The notes beneath the pieces were generated by a model. It saw only the letters and a program-made list of their open reading frames with translations. It ran no database searches and had not been told where the DNA came from. From Malacoraja senta (taxonomy: Eukaryota): DNA of 64,000 nucleotides. Below, in pieces: positions 13,671 to 25,464 of this stretch (positions within the stretch are counted from its first letter, which is position 1; each line of letters begins with the position of its first letter). The DNA is taken from assembly GCA_038087875.1 (NCBI GenBank), contig CM075996.1:9240001-9304000 (forward strand). Direction: 5' to 3'. The translations under genes were made by a program, and so were the position numbers.

Positions 13671-14062
13671 ATTTTCAAACCACATTAAAGGCCCTGACAG
13701 GTCAATAAAACCACTCACAGTTTAGTAGACATGTGTTCAGTGTTATTCACAGTTCAGACTGAGAGACGTGACGTGACGTGACCCTCTCGCTCCTCCATCT
13801 TGCAGAGATTACTGAGGCACTCAACACTTCCGGGTTTTATAGTCCCTCCGGAAGGGGCGTGGCCTTCAGGAGAGAGAATCTCAACATTTTTTAAACACTA
13901 AACTCTTTTATTTTTCATCGATGGGAACAATCTTCTTGTCCTGCGAAACGGAGGGGGACTCTGAGTAAGATGGCCAAAAATCACAGCTGTAATTGGCAGC
14001 GTTTTTTCTAAAATCTACAGAACAACAGGAAGTGGTCAAGATCAGACTTTTAGTAATATAGA

Positions 14063-14560
14063 TATTGTCAAGCTTGAAAGGGTTCAGAAAAGATTTACAA
14101 GGATGATGTCAGGACTAGAGGGTGTGAGCTATAGGGAGAGGTTGAGTAGGCTGGGTGTCTATTCCATGGAGCGCAGGAGGATGAGGGGTGATCTTATAGA
14201 GGTTTATAAAATCATGAGAGGAATAGATCAGGTAGATCCACAGAGTCTCTTGCCCAGAGTAGGGGATTCGAGGACCAGAAGACATAGGTTCAAGGTGAAG
14301 GGGAAAAGATTTAATAGAAATCTGAGGGGTAACTTTTTCACACAAAGGGTGGTGAGTGTATGGAAAGTAGTTGCCAGAGGAGGTAGTTAAGGCTGGGACT
14401 ATCCCATTGTTTAAAAAACAGGTACATAGGTAGGACAGGTTTGGAGGGATATGGACCAAGTGCAGGCTAGTGGGACTAGTGTAGCTGGGACATTGTTGGT
14501 CAGTGTCGGCAAGTTGGACCAAAGGGCCTGTTTCCACACTGTATCACTGTGACTCTGTGA
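14063..14560 (+). mobile_element. CR1-type LINE 3' fragment, same family as 11891-12392 in inverted orientation
   Basis: ORF 14103..14390 closely matches the C-terminal peptide encoded at 12021-12390 on the minus strand. Confidence 0.88.
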
Positions 14561-15090
14561 TTGGCACAGATGAGGTTGAGATCAACTGCCTCACCCGGCT
14601 TATGCACCATATTTTTGGTGGGACTTCTGGGGGAGGGGATTTTACCGGATTAAAGGCGGGCCTGGACCACCAGTTGTCGGAATATCGGTGATGGATCTGC
14701 AATACCCTCAAGGGGAAGTGGTTAGACAGTCCATGCTTGATGCTGTCCAGCTCATAGTTCACATGCCACTTTGTAGCCCACGCTCTAATGAAGTCATTGA
14801 CTGGATTTATGGTTGGAAATGAATACCGCACAGTTATCAGTGGACATCGTACAAAATGGTGGGAAGGTCATTGAGGAAGCAACTTTCTGATCAAATGTCC
14901 TGAAGCTGAAATTATTGCACTCAGAGGATCAATTAATAATATGCTCCAATCGTCTATAGTGTAATTACAACCTGTAGACTGTTTTACAGTTCTCTTACTG
15001 CTCTTAATATGATCTTCTTATTTTGTTTGTGCAGACTGATATTTTCAAGCGATTTACTTGCAAACAATTCTTGATGTTTATGTGTTGCAG

Positions 15091-15173
15091 GAGCCAGGAT
15101 TTCTTACTGCATTCGAGTATAGCGAGAAAAGGAAGATAGTGTTTCACATTACCACTGGCAGCCAAGAATTCGA
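15091..15173 (+). CDS. DMC1: DMC1 coding exon (exon 5 equivalent): EPGFLTAFEYSEKRKIVFHITTGSQEF(D)
   Basis: tgcag| and |gtgaga, 83 bp, phase 0/2; includes the GFLTA polymerisation motif. Confidence 0.97.
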
Positions 15174-15354
15174 GTGAGAATAATATTTATTTATGGAACC
15201 AGTGTACATATAGTTAAAGGAGAATTGTAGCATACATCGGAGGGGAAAGGAGCAGCGTTGCTTGGATGGTGGGAGAAATGTGTGTATTGGGGTCAGGTTG
15301 AAGAAAGTAGGGGTTTATTATTTGAAATTGGTAAATTCAGTGTTTTATATTGTT

Positions 15355-15682
15355 GGATTAGATTTAGTTTAGAGATGTAGCATGGAAACAGGTCCTTCGG
15401 CCCACCATGCCCACACAACCATCGATCAGCCGTTCACACCAGTTCTATGTTATCCCACTTTCACATCCACTCTCTACACTAGGGGAAATTTACAGAGGTC
15501 AATTAAACTACAAACCTGCACATCTTTGGGATGTGGGAGGGAATGAATACTTTATACTGGAGCACCCGGTGGAAATAAACGCGGTCACAGGGAGAAAGTG
15601 TAAATTCTACACAGATAGCACCTGATGTCAGGATCAAACCTGGTCTCTGGTGCTGTGAATCGGGAGCTGTGCCACTGTGCCA
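15355..15682 (-). mobile_element. tRNA-derived SINE (HE1/V-SINE-like)
   Basis: Same layout as 4065-4340, with a tRNA-like head (GGCACAGTGGCACAGC, GGTTTGATCC on the minus strand). Confidence 0.72.
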
Positions 15683-17069
15683 TTCTAAAGTTGTAGGCTA
15701 TATGGACTATGCATTTTTCGTCTCTTCCTCCCCCACCCTCCCCACTCCATCAGTCTGAAGAAGGGTCCTGGTCTAAAATGTGGTATGTCCATTCCCTCCA
15801 CATATGCTGCCTGACTCACTGAGCTCTTTCACCACTTTGCTTTTTGCTTAATTTTGTATTCACTGGGTTATTTCACCCTGGATCCCACATGATCTAACCT
15901 TCCAGAGTAGCCTACCATTTGGGATCTTGCTGAAGTTCAATGCCAACTTCCCTGCCATTCAGCCTACAGAGCCTATGCCGGCCCTTAGATGTATCCCGTT
16001 CCCCCATTTATTTGTTCTCAACCTGTTCTCAGTTACATATCCATTAACCCAGCGCCTAGCACCAACCACCACAAAGGGCAATTTGGCAGTGACCAATTCA
16101 GATCATGAGCAGGATTAGCATGAACGAAGGTGGTGAAAATGAAGAAGATCGCACTAATTATTGCATTCGGCCCCACATCACATCTCAATACTGTCACGCT
16201 GAGGGAGGAACAAAATAGAAGGTTACAAACCAAGGGAGAGCTGCAATCAAGCAGAAGACTTGGGAAGTTAATTGGAACAGTGCATTGTCAGACCTGTTCA
16301 GCCAAATGTAAAAATTAACAAGGAACATGAGGAGGTTCATCTCATACCTCTAGTGGAACCATGAGATTATGATGCCATTCTGGAGGTGGTGCACTTTTGT
16401 GCAAGGATATGTTGATGATGTCCTCATGCTGCAGCTACTGAGTTTGGTCTTAGATGCACAGATGGAGGCAACAGAACACTGTTTCAAATAGAGCTCTCAT
16501 CTCTTCCACCAGGGAGTAAAGAACAATAAAGTGCCACTCATCAGCAGCCTGCTGTCCTCATAAAACAGAGAGATGTCTCTTGCGAGCAGTTTGCTGATGT
16601 CCAAGAATCGTTTGTTATCCTGCTGGAGCAGATACAATTCACTTGTGACTTCATCCCTCCTCGGTGCTTAGAAATGGCCCCTGTGTTCATACACTTTGCT
16701 GTCAGGAGCAGAGTCCTCCTTTAAAATGAGCTGAAGCGGGAGAGGATTGAACAAAGCAGGGAATGGACTGATATAAGGCAGGACGTGCCGGCTAACTCTG
16801 CAAATATTTTGGAAGTTGAAGTCACGCTGGTCTGGGTCACAGGAGATGGAAACACGAGGGTATAGCTGGCTGCCTTGAGAGTACTTGCATGGAGGAGGCA
16901 GACATTGCTGTCCTCAGTCACAAGGTCTGCATTGCATCATACTGCTTCCCCGTCCTCTCCCTCCCGCATCTAATTTTCAAGCAGCATGCTTATCAATGCA
17001 CCACAACCAGCCATTGTTGACTGGAGCTTTCATGCTTATGGTTGACACAGTGGTGCAGCTTATAGAGCT

Positions 17070-19136
17070 GAATGAATGAATTAATAAGTTTATTGGCCAA
17101 GTATGTACACATACAAGGAATTTGCCTTGGTGCTTACCTCGCAAGTAACAACACGACATACAGTAAACCATTAAGAATAAAACATAAAACATTAAAACAT
17201 TAAGAATAAAATATCATAGTTTAAACATGTGAATGAAATAAAATACCAGAGCAAAAGGAGGCTACAGACTTTTGGTTATTGATTAGAGCTACTGCTCGTG
17301 GAAAAAAGCTGTTTTTATGTCTTGCTGTGGTGGCTTTGACAGTCCGGAGTCGTCTTCCAGAGGGAAGTGCTTCAAAGAGTTTGTGGCCAGGATGAGAGGG
17401 GTCAGAGATAATCTTACCCGCTCGCTTCCTGGCCCTTGCAGTGTACAGTTACGAACGATCGAACGATTTGCTGCAGCCTCCGGATGTCATGCTTGGCGGC
17501 TGAGCCAAACCAAACCATGATGGAGAAGGTGAGGACAGACTCTACGATGGCAGTATATAATTGGACCATCATTGCCTGTGGCAGATTGTGTTTCCTCAGC
17601 TGCCACAGGAAGTACATGCTCTGTTGAGCCTTTTTGACTGTGGAGTCGATGGTGGCCCTCCATTTAAGGTCCTTGAAGATGATGGTTCCAAGGAACTTAA
17701 AAGACTGCACAGATGTGACTGCGGTGTAGTTGATGGTGAGTGGGGGGAGGGGAGGGGAGGGGGAGCTCCCCTAAAGTCTACAATCAATTCCACTGTCTTA
17801 AGAGCATTGAGCTCCAGGTTGTTGCGAAGGCACAAAGACGCCAGCTGTGCCACTTCCTGTCTGTAGGCAGATTCCTCCCCATCCTGGATCAGTCTAATCA
17901 GGGTTGTGTATTCCGCAAACATGAGAAGCTTGACAGAGGAGTCTGTGGAGGTGCAGTTGTTGGTGTAGAGAGAGTAAAGGAGAGGAGAGAGTACGCAGCC
18001 TTGCGGTGCTCCTATGCTGAGGGTCAGCGGGTCCGAGATGTACTTTCCCCAACCTCACATGCTGCTTCCTGTCTGTCAGGAAGTTTGTGATCTACTGACA
18101 GAGGGGTTCAGGCACAGTCAACTGGGAGAGTTTGGAGTGTAGTAGCTCTGGCACAATGGTGTTGAATGCAGAGCTAAAATCCACAAAATCCTTGCATAGG
18201 TCCCCTGGCGGTCTCGGTGCTGGAGGATGAAGTGTAGGCCTAGGTTGACTGCGTCGTTCAGTAACTATTGGCCCGATATGCAAACTGCAGAGGGTCTAGC
18301 AGGGTTTTTTTTTTTTTTCAACTGAGCCAGGAGAAGTCTTTTAAGAGTCTTCATGAAAGCGTTAATCGTTGTTATATTGTTTGCTGCCATATTTAACCAT
18401 TTTCTGTAATGAAAGCGCTAATTGTCATTGCTTGCTGGGATACTTGACCAGATTTTGTGGCTTTGTATTTCTTCTCTCAGGCAGGCTTTCTCTAGTGAAG
18501 CAGATAAGAGGGGCCCCGTTAGGGTAGTCAGTACTGATAAGGGGACAGACATGAACTGGCACAGAAAAACAACTGCATGTTACTGGACTGTTGCATCTTG
18601 GGACTATGACTAATGTCTTTGGAATGCTTGGTTTTGAGCAAAAGGTGAAAAACAACTCCATATTAGGACTTGGCTAATGCTTCTTGGGACATTACTTGAT
18701 GCCATTGGTATTCTGCGTACGTGACTTTTGCTGTATAAAAGACCCCAGGATTCTTTGTTATTTTGAGTGGTAACTTGGGAGAACCAGAAGTATCACTGGA
18801 TACTTGTCGACAGTAACATCTCCCTCCACTCCCGTCTGAAGTAAAAGTAAAGCTTGTATGGTTTACCTTAACCCATTGTATTTTGTCTGATTTTAAGATG
18901 CAAACATTATCATTCATGACTACAGAGGTCAGAGCAACAGGCCGGCAGTCATTAAGACCAGTAAACCTTGTCTTTTTGGGTACAGGAACAATAGTGGAGA
19001 CTTTGAAGCAGGCAGGGACAGTACAGGTTTGCAGGGACTGGATGCAAATGTCTATGTAGACCGGTGCCAGTTGTTCGGCACAGAGCTTGAGGGTAGTGGA
19101 GGAAGCATTGTCCGGTCCCGGAGATTATATGCGACG
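17070..19136 (-). mobile_element. Rex1/Babar-like LINE, 5'-truncated, with a 22-bp TSD, inserted in a SINE head
   Basis: ORFs with FVDFSSAFNTI and FKFLG...KKAQQ..YFL.QLRK; (GAAT)n tail; TSD CAGTGGTGCAGCTTATAGAGCT at 17048-17069 and 19137-19158. Confidence 0.87.
18354..18912 (+). mobile_element. Solo LTR (559 bp), ERV or LTR-retrotransposon derived
   Basis: TGAAAG...TATCA termini; 4-bp TSD TTCA (18350-18353 and 18913-18916); TATAAAA at 18734; AGTAAA at 18846; removing it restores the Rex1 sequence. Confidence 0.8.
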
Positions 19137-19770
19137 CAGTGGTGCAGCTTATAGAGCTCTGCCTCACAGCTCGAGCCATCTGAGTTTGATCTCACTGGTA
19201 GTATTTGTGTGGCGTTTGTTCATTCTCCTTGCAACTATAGGGGTTTTCACCAGTATTCCTGCTTCCTTCCATATCCCAAAGAAATGCAGTTTGTAGGTTA
19301 ATGAGCTGCTATAATTTTGTGTCAGTCAATGGTGGAATCTGGGGAAAGTTGATATAATGTTTTACCTCCCCTCAAGCCATTTTCATGTTGTGGTTTTCTA
19401 AACTTAAGTAATCTTTAACGCTGTAAAACCATCGTTAATTGACAAAGCCTTTCCTAGCTTTGTGTCAACTCTCAATGTTACGTACCTTTCAATATTCAAT
19501 TTGTCCTTAATGATGGTAAAGCAATGGAAGAGATACATTCACTAGAGGCATAACCGGCAACTGTTTTAATCGCTTACGGTGCTGCTGTAACCACTGGCTA
19601 CATAATTGCAGCCTTTAATTTTAATTTACAGCACAAATGGCGACAAGTGCAGGGAAATAATTCAAAAATCTTATTGCACTTTCAATATATTTAGGATTAG
19701 ATATGTGACTGTTCAACTAAAATCATGATTTATTTATATATATGAGATTTAGATCTGTACATTGAGCATG

Positions 19771-22700
19771 ACATAGAAACATAGAAACATAGAAAGTAGG
19801 TGCGAGAGTAGACCACCAGGCCCATCGAGCCCGCACCGCCATTCGCTCATGGCTGAACACTAAACAGACACCCTTACCCACAAACAGTAGACACAAGACA
19901 CAGAACACAAGACACTACCCTCCCCTTTATACCGCTATCACCCCTCTCCACCCCAAGAACCGCGTGATCTCCTGGGGGAGGCAAAAAACCGGATAAAAAC
20001 CCAGGTCCAATTCGGGAAAAAAAATCCGGGAAATTCCTCTCCGACCCCAATCCAGGCGATCGACACTTGTCCAGGAGATCACTCAGGTCTTACTATACTA
20101 ACCATACCTAGGTCCATATCCCTGCCTTCTCCCCGTAGCCCCTTATCCCCTTGGCAGCTAAAAAAACATCTATTTTAGACTTAAATATATTTAATGTTTC
20201 TGCTTCCACTGCTCCCTGGGGCAGTGAATTCCATAAATTAACCACCCTCTGGGTGAAGAAGTTCTTCCTCCTCTCAGTTTTAAAAGAGCCCCCCCTTATT
20301 CTACAACTATGTCCCCTAGTTCTAGTTTCCCCGATCATTGGGAACATCCTCGGTGCATCCACCCGATCAAGGCCCCTCATGATCTTATATGTTTCAATGA
20401 GATCGCCTCTCATTCTTCTAAACTCCAAAGAGTAGAGTTCCAGCCTACTTAACCTTTCCTCATATGTCAATCCCCTCATTGCAGGAATTAATCTTGTAAA
20501 CCTTCGCTGCACGGCCTCCAGGGCCAGTACATCCTTTCTTAAGTATGGACCCCAGAACTGTACACAGTATTCCAAATGTGGTCTCACTAATACTGTGTAC
20601 AGCTGCAGCAAGACCTCCGTGTTTTTATACTCAATCCCCCTAGCAATAAAGGCCAAAACTCCATTGGCCTTCCTGATTGCTTGCTGCACCTGCATACTAA
20701 CTTTTAGTGATTCATGTACTACTACCCCTAGATCCCTTTGCGTTGCATTACAACGCAGCTCCACCTCATTTAGAAAATAACTTGCCCTATCATTTTTTTT
20801 CCCAAAGTGAATGACTTCACATTTATTAGTATTAAATTTCATCTGCCAAGTTGTTGCCCACTCACCTAGCTTATCTATATCCTTTTGCAGACTCTTCCTA
20901 TCCTCCTCATCCCCTACTTTTCCTCCCATTTTTGTATCGTCCGCAAATTTTGATATATTACACTTGGTTCCCTCCTCCAAATCATTTATATAAATTGTGA
21001 ACAACTGGGGTCCCAGCACCGACCCTTGCGGAACCCCGCTAGTTACCGGTTGCCATCCCGAGTATGAACCATTTATCCCCACTCTCTGCTTCCTATTTGT
21101 TAGCCAATCCTCTACCCATGCTAATATATTACCCCCAATCCCATAATTTTTTATTTTTAGCAATAGTCTCTTATGTGGCACCTTGTCAAAAGCCTTTTGG
21201 AAGTCCAAGTATACCACATCCACCGGTTCCCCTTTATCCACCCGGGTTGTTACTTCCTCAAAGAATTCGAGCAGATTCGTCAAACAGGACTTCCCCTTCA
21301 CAAAACCATGCTGGTTCTGTCCGATGAAGTCATGTTTATCCAAGTGCCCCGTTAGTGTTTCTTTAATAATTGTCTCTAACATTTTACCCACCACCGATGT
21401 TAGACTAACTGGTCTATAGTTACCCGCCTTCTGTTTACTTCCTTTTTTAAATATAGGTGTTACATTGGCCATTTTCCAATCCACTGGGACCGTTCCTGCC
21501 TCCAGGGAGTTTTGGAAAATTATCACCAATGCATCCACAATCCCCACCTCTATCTCCCTCAAGACCCTTGGATGTAATCCATCAGGCCCAGGGGATTTAT
21601 CCTCCTTCAGTCTCATTAATTTCCCTAATACCACCTCCTTGGTGATTTTAATAGTATTTAGCTCCTCCATTCCTACCGCCCCCTGTTTATCCAGCGTTGG
21701 AATATTTTTTGTGTCTTCTATGGTGAAGACTGATACAAAATACTCGTTTAATGCCTTTGCCATTTCCATGTTCCCCACCAACAACTCTCCAGTCTCACCC
21801 TCCAATGGACCAACGTTCACCTTAGCCACCCTTTTTCTTTTTATATAGCTATAAAAACTCTTACTATTAGTTTTTATGTTGTTCGCTAAATTCCTTTCAT
21901 AGTCTATTTTCCCCGTCTTAATTAATCTCTTAGTTATTTTTTGCTGACCTTTAAATGCTTCCCAATCCTCTACCCTCCCACTATCTCTGGCTACCTTATA
22001 TGCCCTTGCCTTCAGCCGAATACTATCCTTTATAGTTTTACTGAGCCATGGCTGACTGTTCTTTCCCTTACCCTTTTTTTTCTTCATAGGAATAAATTTT
22101 TCTTGAAGGTTATACAGTAGATCCTTAAACGTACACCACTGCTCATGTACCGTCTTATTCTTGAGTCTGCTATCCCAGTCAACTTTGATCAGCTCAGTCC
22201 TCATACCTTCATAATCCCCCTTATTTAGACTAAGTACCCTAGCCTGAGTTTCAACCTGCTCCCCTTCTATTTGAATATGGAATTCGACCATATTGTGGTC
22301 ACTTGTTCCCAACGAGTCCCCAACTATGACATTTTTAATTAATCCTGCTTCATTACACAGGACCAGATCCAAGATTGCCTCCCCCCTTGTCGGTTCTGTG
22401 ACATACTGTTCTAGGAACCCGTCTCTAATACATTCTATAAACTCTTCCTCTAGTCTACCCTGCCCAGTTTGGTTTGCCCAATTAATATGAAAATTGAAGT
22501 CCCCCATGATTACAGCAGTTCCCTTTTTACATGCGTCAACTATTTGCAGATTTATGTTCTGACTAACAGCGTCACAGCTATTTGGAGGTCTATAAATTAC
22601 ACCCACTAGTGTTTTTTTCCCCTTGTTATTCTCTATCTGTACCCAGGCTGTTTCACTATCCTGATCTTTCAACGCAATATCCTTCCTCTCTATTGCCGTT

Positions 22701-23390
22701 ATTCCCTCCCTTATTAAAAGGGCCACCCCTCCTCCCTTTCTTTCCTGTCTATCTTTTCTAATTGTCGAGTACCCCTCTATATTTAACTCCCAATCCTGAT
22801 CCCCTTGCAGCCATGTCTCCGTAATGGCCACGATATCATAACTATATATACTTAATTGCACCGTTAATTCATTTATCTTATTTTGAATACTCCGTGCATT
22901 TAGATACAGCACTTTCAGATGATTTTTACTACCCTTCCTTTCTGTTTTTGCCCCTTTTACATCTAGAGCTTTATCTTCACACATTCTGGATCCTCCTGTC
23001 ACATTTTGATTTTCCGTTTCCCCACTGATACCCTGCTCTATTTCCTCTACCCCTGCCGTTATTACCCCCCTTGATACCTCCCCCCCGCTACTTTGTTTAA
23101 AGACCTCTCTACTGCCCTAGTTATATGATTTGCCAGGACCCCAGTCCCAGCACCGTTCAGGTGAAGTCCGTCCTTACAGAACAGATCCCCCCTGTCCCAG
23201 TACTGGTGCCAGTGGCCCAAGAAACCAAACCCATTTTTCCCACACCAGTCTTTGAGCCACGCATTCAGCTTTTTAATTTTACGTACCCTCGCCGATTTGG
23301 CCCGTGGCTCAGGTAGCAATCCGGAGATCAGTACCCTCAAGGTTCTGCTTTTTAATTTATTCCCTAACTGCTCAAACTCCTTCAGCAGTA
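19771..23390 (-). mobile_element. Young CR1-type LINE, truncated within ORF1
   Basis: (TTTCTATG)n 3' tail, intact ORF2, and an ORF1 esterase C-terminus (DGLHLNGAG) at 23062-23390. Confidence 0.93.
20108..23002 (-). CDS. CR1 LINE ORF2: APE endonuclease plus reverse transcriptase, 964 aa, uninterrupted
   Basis: YLNARS, ITETW, GDFN and SDH (APE); YLDFQKAFDKV, GVPQGSVLGP and FADD (RT). Confidence 0.93.
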   Translation of the reverse strand: MTGGSRMCEDKALDVKGAKTERKGSKNHLKVLYLNARSIQNKINELTVQLSIYSYDIVAITETWLQGDQDWELNIEGYSTIRKDRQERKGGGVALLIREGITAIERKDIALKDQDSETAWVQIENNKGKKTLVGVIYRPPNSCDAVSQNINLQIVDACKKGTAVIMGDFNFHINWANQTGQGRLEEEFIECIRDGFLEQYVTEPTRGEAILDLVLCNEAGLIKNVIVGDSLGTSDHNMVEFHIQIEGEQVETQARVLSLNKGDYEGMRTELIKVDWDSRLKNKTVHEQWCTFKDLLYNLQEKFIPMKKKKGKGKNSQPWLSKTIKDSIRLKARAYKVARDSGRVEDWEAFKGQQKITKRLIKTGKIDYERNLANNIKTNSKSFYSYIKRKRVAKVNVGPLEGETGELLVGNMEMAKALNEYFVSVFTIEDTKNIPTLDKQGAVGMEELNTIKITKEVVLGKLMRLKEDKSPGPDGLHPRVLREIEVGIVDALVIIFQNSLEAGTVPVDWKMANVTPIFKKGSKQKAGNYRPVSLTSVVGKMLETIIKETLTGHLDKHDFIGQNQHGFVKGKSCLTNLLEFFEEVTTRVDKGEPVDVVYLDFQKAFDKVPHKRLLLKIKNYGIGGNILAWVEDWLTNRKQRVGINGSYSGWQPVTSGVPQGSVLGPQLFTIYINDLEEGTKCNISKFADDTKMGGKVGDEEDRKSLQKDIDKLGEWATTWQMKFNTNKCEVIHFGKKNDRASYFLNEVELRCNATQRDLGVVVHESLKVSMQVQQAIRKANGVLAFIARGIEYKNTEVLLQLYTVLVRPHLEYCVQFWGPYLRKDVLALEAVQRRFTRLIPAMRGLTYEERLSRLELYSLEFRRMRGDLIETYKIMRGLDRVDAPRMFPMIGETRTRGHSCRIRGGSFKTERRKNFFTQRVVNLWNSLPQGAVEAETLNIFKSKIDVFLAAKGIRGYGEKAGIWT

Positions 23391-23439
23391 TGACTTTGCA
23401 ACTAACTATCTTTACCTGTTACACTCATGTCAACATACC

Positions 23440-24061
23440 AAGGACCTTAAATGGGGGGCCACCATCGACTCCACAGTCAAAAAGGCGCTACGGACGATGT
23501 TCTTCCTGCGTCAGCTGAGGAAACACAATCTGCCACAGGCAATGATGGTCCAATTCTATACTGCCATCGTAGAGTCTGTCCTCACCTTCTTCATTATGGT
23601 CTGGTTTGGCTCAGCCACCAAGCACGACACCCGGAGGCTGCAGCGAATCGTCCGATCAGCTGAGAAGGTTGTTGGCTGCAACCTTCCCACCCATTGACGA
23701 ACTGTACACTGCAAGGGCCAGGAAGCGAGCGGGTAAGATCATCTCTGACCCCTCTCACCCTGGCCACAAACTCTTTGAATCACTTCCCTCTGGAAGGCGA
23801 CTCCGGACTGTCAAAGCTGCCACAGCCAGACATAACAACAGTTTTTTTCCATGAGTAGTAGCTCTACTCAATAATCAAAAATCTGTAGCCTCCTTTTGCT
23901 CTGGTATTTTATTTAATTCACATGTTTAATCTATATTGTTTTATTATTAATGTTTTATGTGTCATTCCTAACTGTCATGTTGTCACTTGCGAGCGGAGCA
24001 CTAAGGCAAATTCCTTGTATGTGAACATACTTGGCCAATAAACTTATTCGTTCATTCATTC
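23440..24061 (+). mobile_element. Rex1/Babar-like LINE 3' fragment
   Basis: ORFs 23497..23697 and 23606..23854; (CATT)n tail; same family as 17070-19136 in opposite orientation. Confidence 0.85.
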
Positions 24062-24134
24062 AGATGAGTGTTACACTTTTTGCAAGAAAAGTAATGATAT
24101 TCTGTGAACCATTAATGTTTATGTTTCTTTGCAG

Positions 24135-24187
24135 TAAATTGTTGGGTGGAGGAATTGAAAGCATGGCAATCACAGAAGCATTTGGTG
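24135..24187 (+). CDS. DMC1: DMC1 coding exon (exon 6 equivalent): KLLGGGIESMAITEAFG
   Basis: tgcag| and |gtgagt, 53 bp, phase 2/1; ITEAFG is DMC1-like (RAD51 has ITEMFG). Confidence 0.97.
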
Positions 24188-25422
24188 GTGAGTGCATGGA
24201 TATGAAGAAATAAGCAATAATCAATTATTCAATAAGCAACACAAAGTGCTGGAGTAGCTCAGCGGGTCATCAGCATCTCTGGAGAACATGGATAGGTGAT
24301 GTTTCTGGTTGAGTCCTGAGCCACTGAGTTACTCCAGAACTTTGTAGATACAGAATCAACGAACATTTTACGTTTAAGAAGTTCGTTTTTGGTAGCGGAG
24401 AAGGCGAGGAAGGAAGGGAGGGGTGGGATGGAATGGGTAGGAGTCCAACCAAGGAGGACGATTGATAAGAGTGAGTCCAAATGAGTTAATGGAGGAAGTT
24501 GCAAGCTGATTATCCTTCATTATCTGTGCAGTGTATTGTTGACAGAGAGGCTGTGGGGTAAGCATATATAGTCCACCCAGCAAGCCAGACCATAAATATA
24601 TATATGTACAAAAAGAAAAAGAATGCTGAATGTTTCCAGTATTTTCAGTTTTTGTTAGTGATCTTTGAGGGTTTCTCAAGTCGTTTAATTGTCATATGTA
24701 CTGAGAACAGAACAATGAGATGTTTGCTTGCAGCAGCACAACAGGGCTGTAACACAATACATATAGGTGGTATATAAAAAACTAAAAATCAGTGAATTGA
24801 TAACTCCAATACTTATGTTTAAACAAAAAAGCCAATGTCCTGAGTGTAATGAAATATAGTTCATAGGTTACGGTTTCTTTACAAATGCTTTATCTTCCAA
24901 TAGAGTTTGTTCTGTCTAAAGCAATTTAATCAGTACTCAAGTGTTTTTGCTTTTGGCCTTTGTGATGAACAATATCAAATTGTTTGGGGTGCTGTCATTT
25001 TGTCTGTTCTGAAGAAAGGCACAAAATTTTGGAGTAACTCAGCAGGTCAGGCAGCATCTCAAGAAAATGTGGAAAGAAGGATGTCTTCAGATTGATTGCA
25101 GGGGAGCGGGAAAGAAAGCTGGGAGAGAAGAAAGGCAGGACAGAGCATGGCCAGTGGCCATTAAGCCACCTATAACACATCACTTGCCACAGCTTGGAAA
25201 AAAAAAATGGTACTTCTAATGTTCTGATCACCTTTATCTTGGATCCAACATTACCAAAAGTGTTAAAACAATTATTTAGCTTGTATCTGGTTGTGGGATC
25301 TTACTGCGTTTCTTTTTTTGTCTATGGAATTACACTACAAAATTATATTTTAGAATTAATTTAAAGTGCTTTTAGGTGTTCAGAATCTTTTTTAAGTAAC
25401 TAGTTCCTGTTTTTATTTGCAG

Positions 25423-25464
25423 AATTTAGAACTGGAAAGACACAGATGTCGCACACTTTCTGTG
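25423..25464 (+). CDS. DMC1: DMC1 coding exon (exon 7 equivalent): (E)FRTGKTQMSHTFC, Walker A
   Basis: tgcag| and |gtaagt, 42 bp, phase 1/1; completes GEFRTGKT. Confidence 0.96.

Larger units (their letters stand above)
12713..14062 (-). mobile_element. Composite non-autonomous Helitron-like element with two 5' ends and internal minisatellites
   Basis: Minus-strand termini TCTATATTACTAAAAGTCTGATCT (14062) and TCTATATACTTAAAAGTCTAATCT (13415); 13110-13415 and 13780-14062 are direct repeats; 3' CTRR end not visible. Confidence 0.6.

Noticed and set aside
18304..18320. Poly-T run first read as the poly(A) tail of a retrocopy
   Set aside because: The flanks continue Rex1 sequence on both sides; the real insertion boundary is the LTR at 18354.
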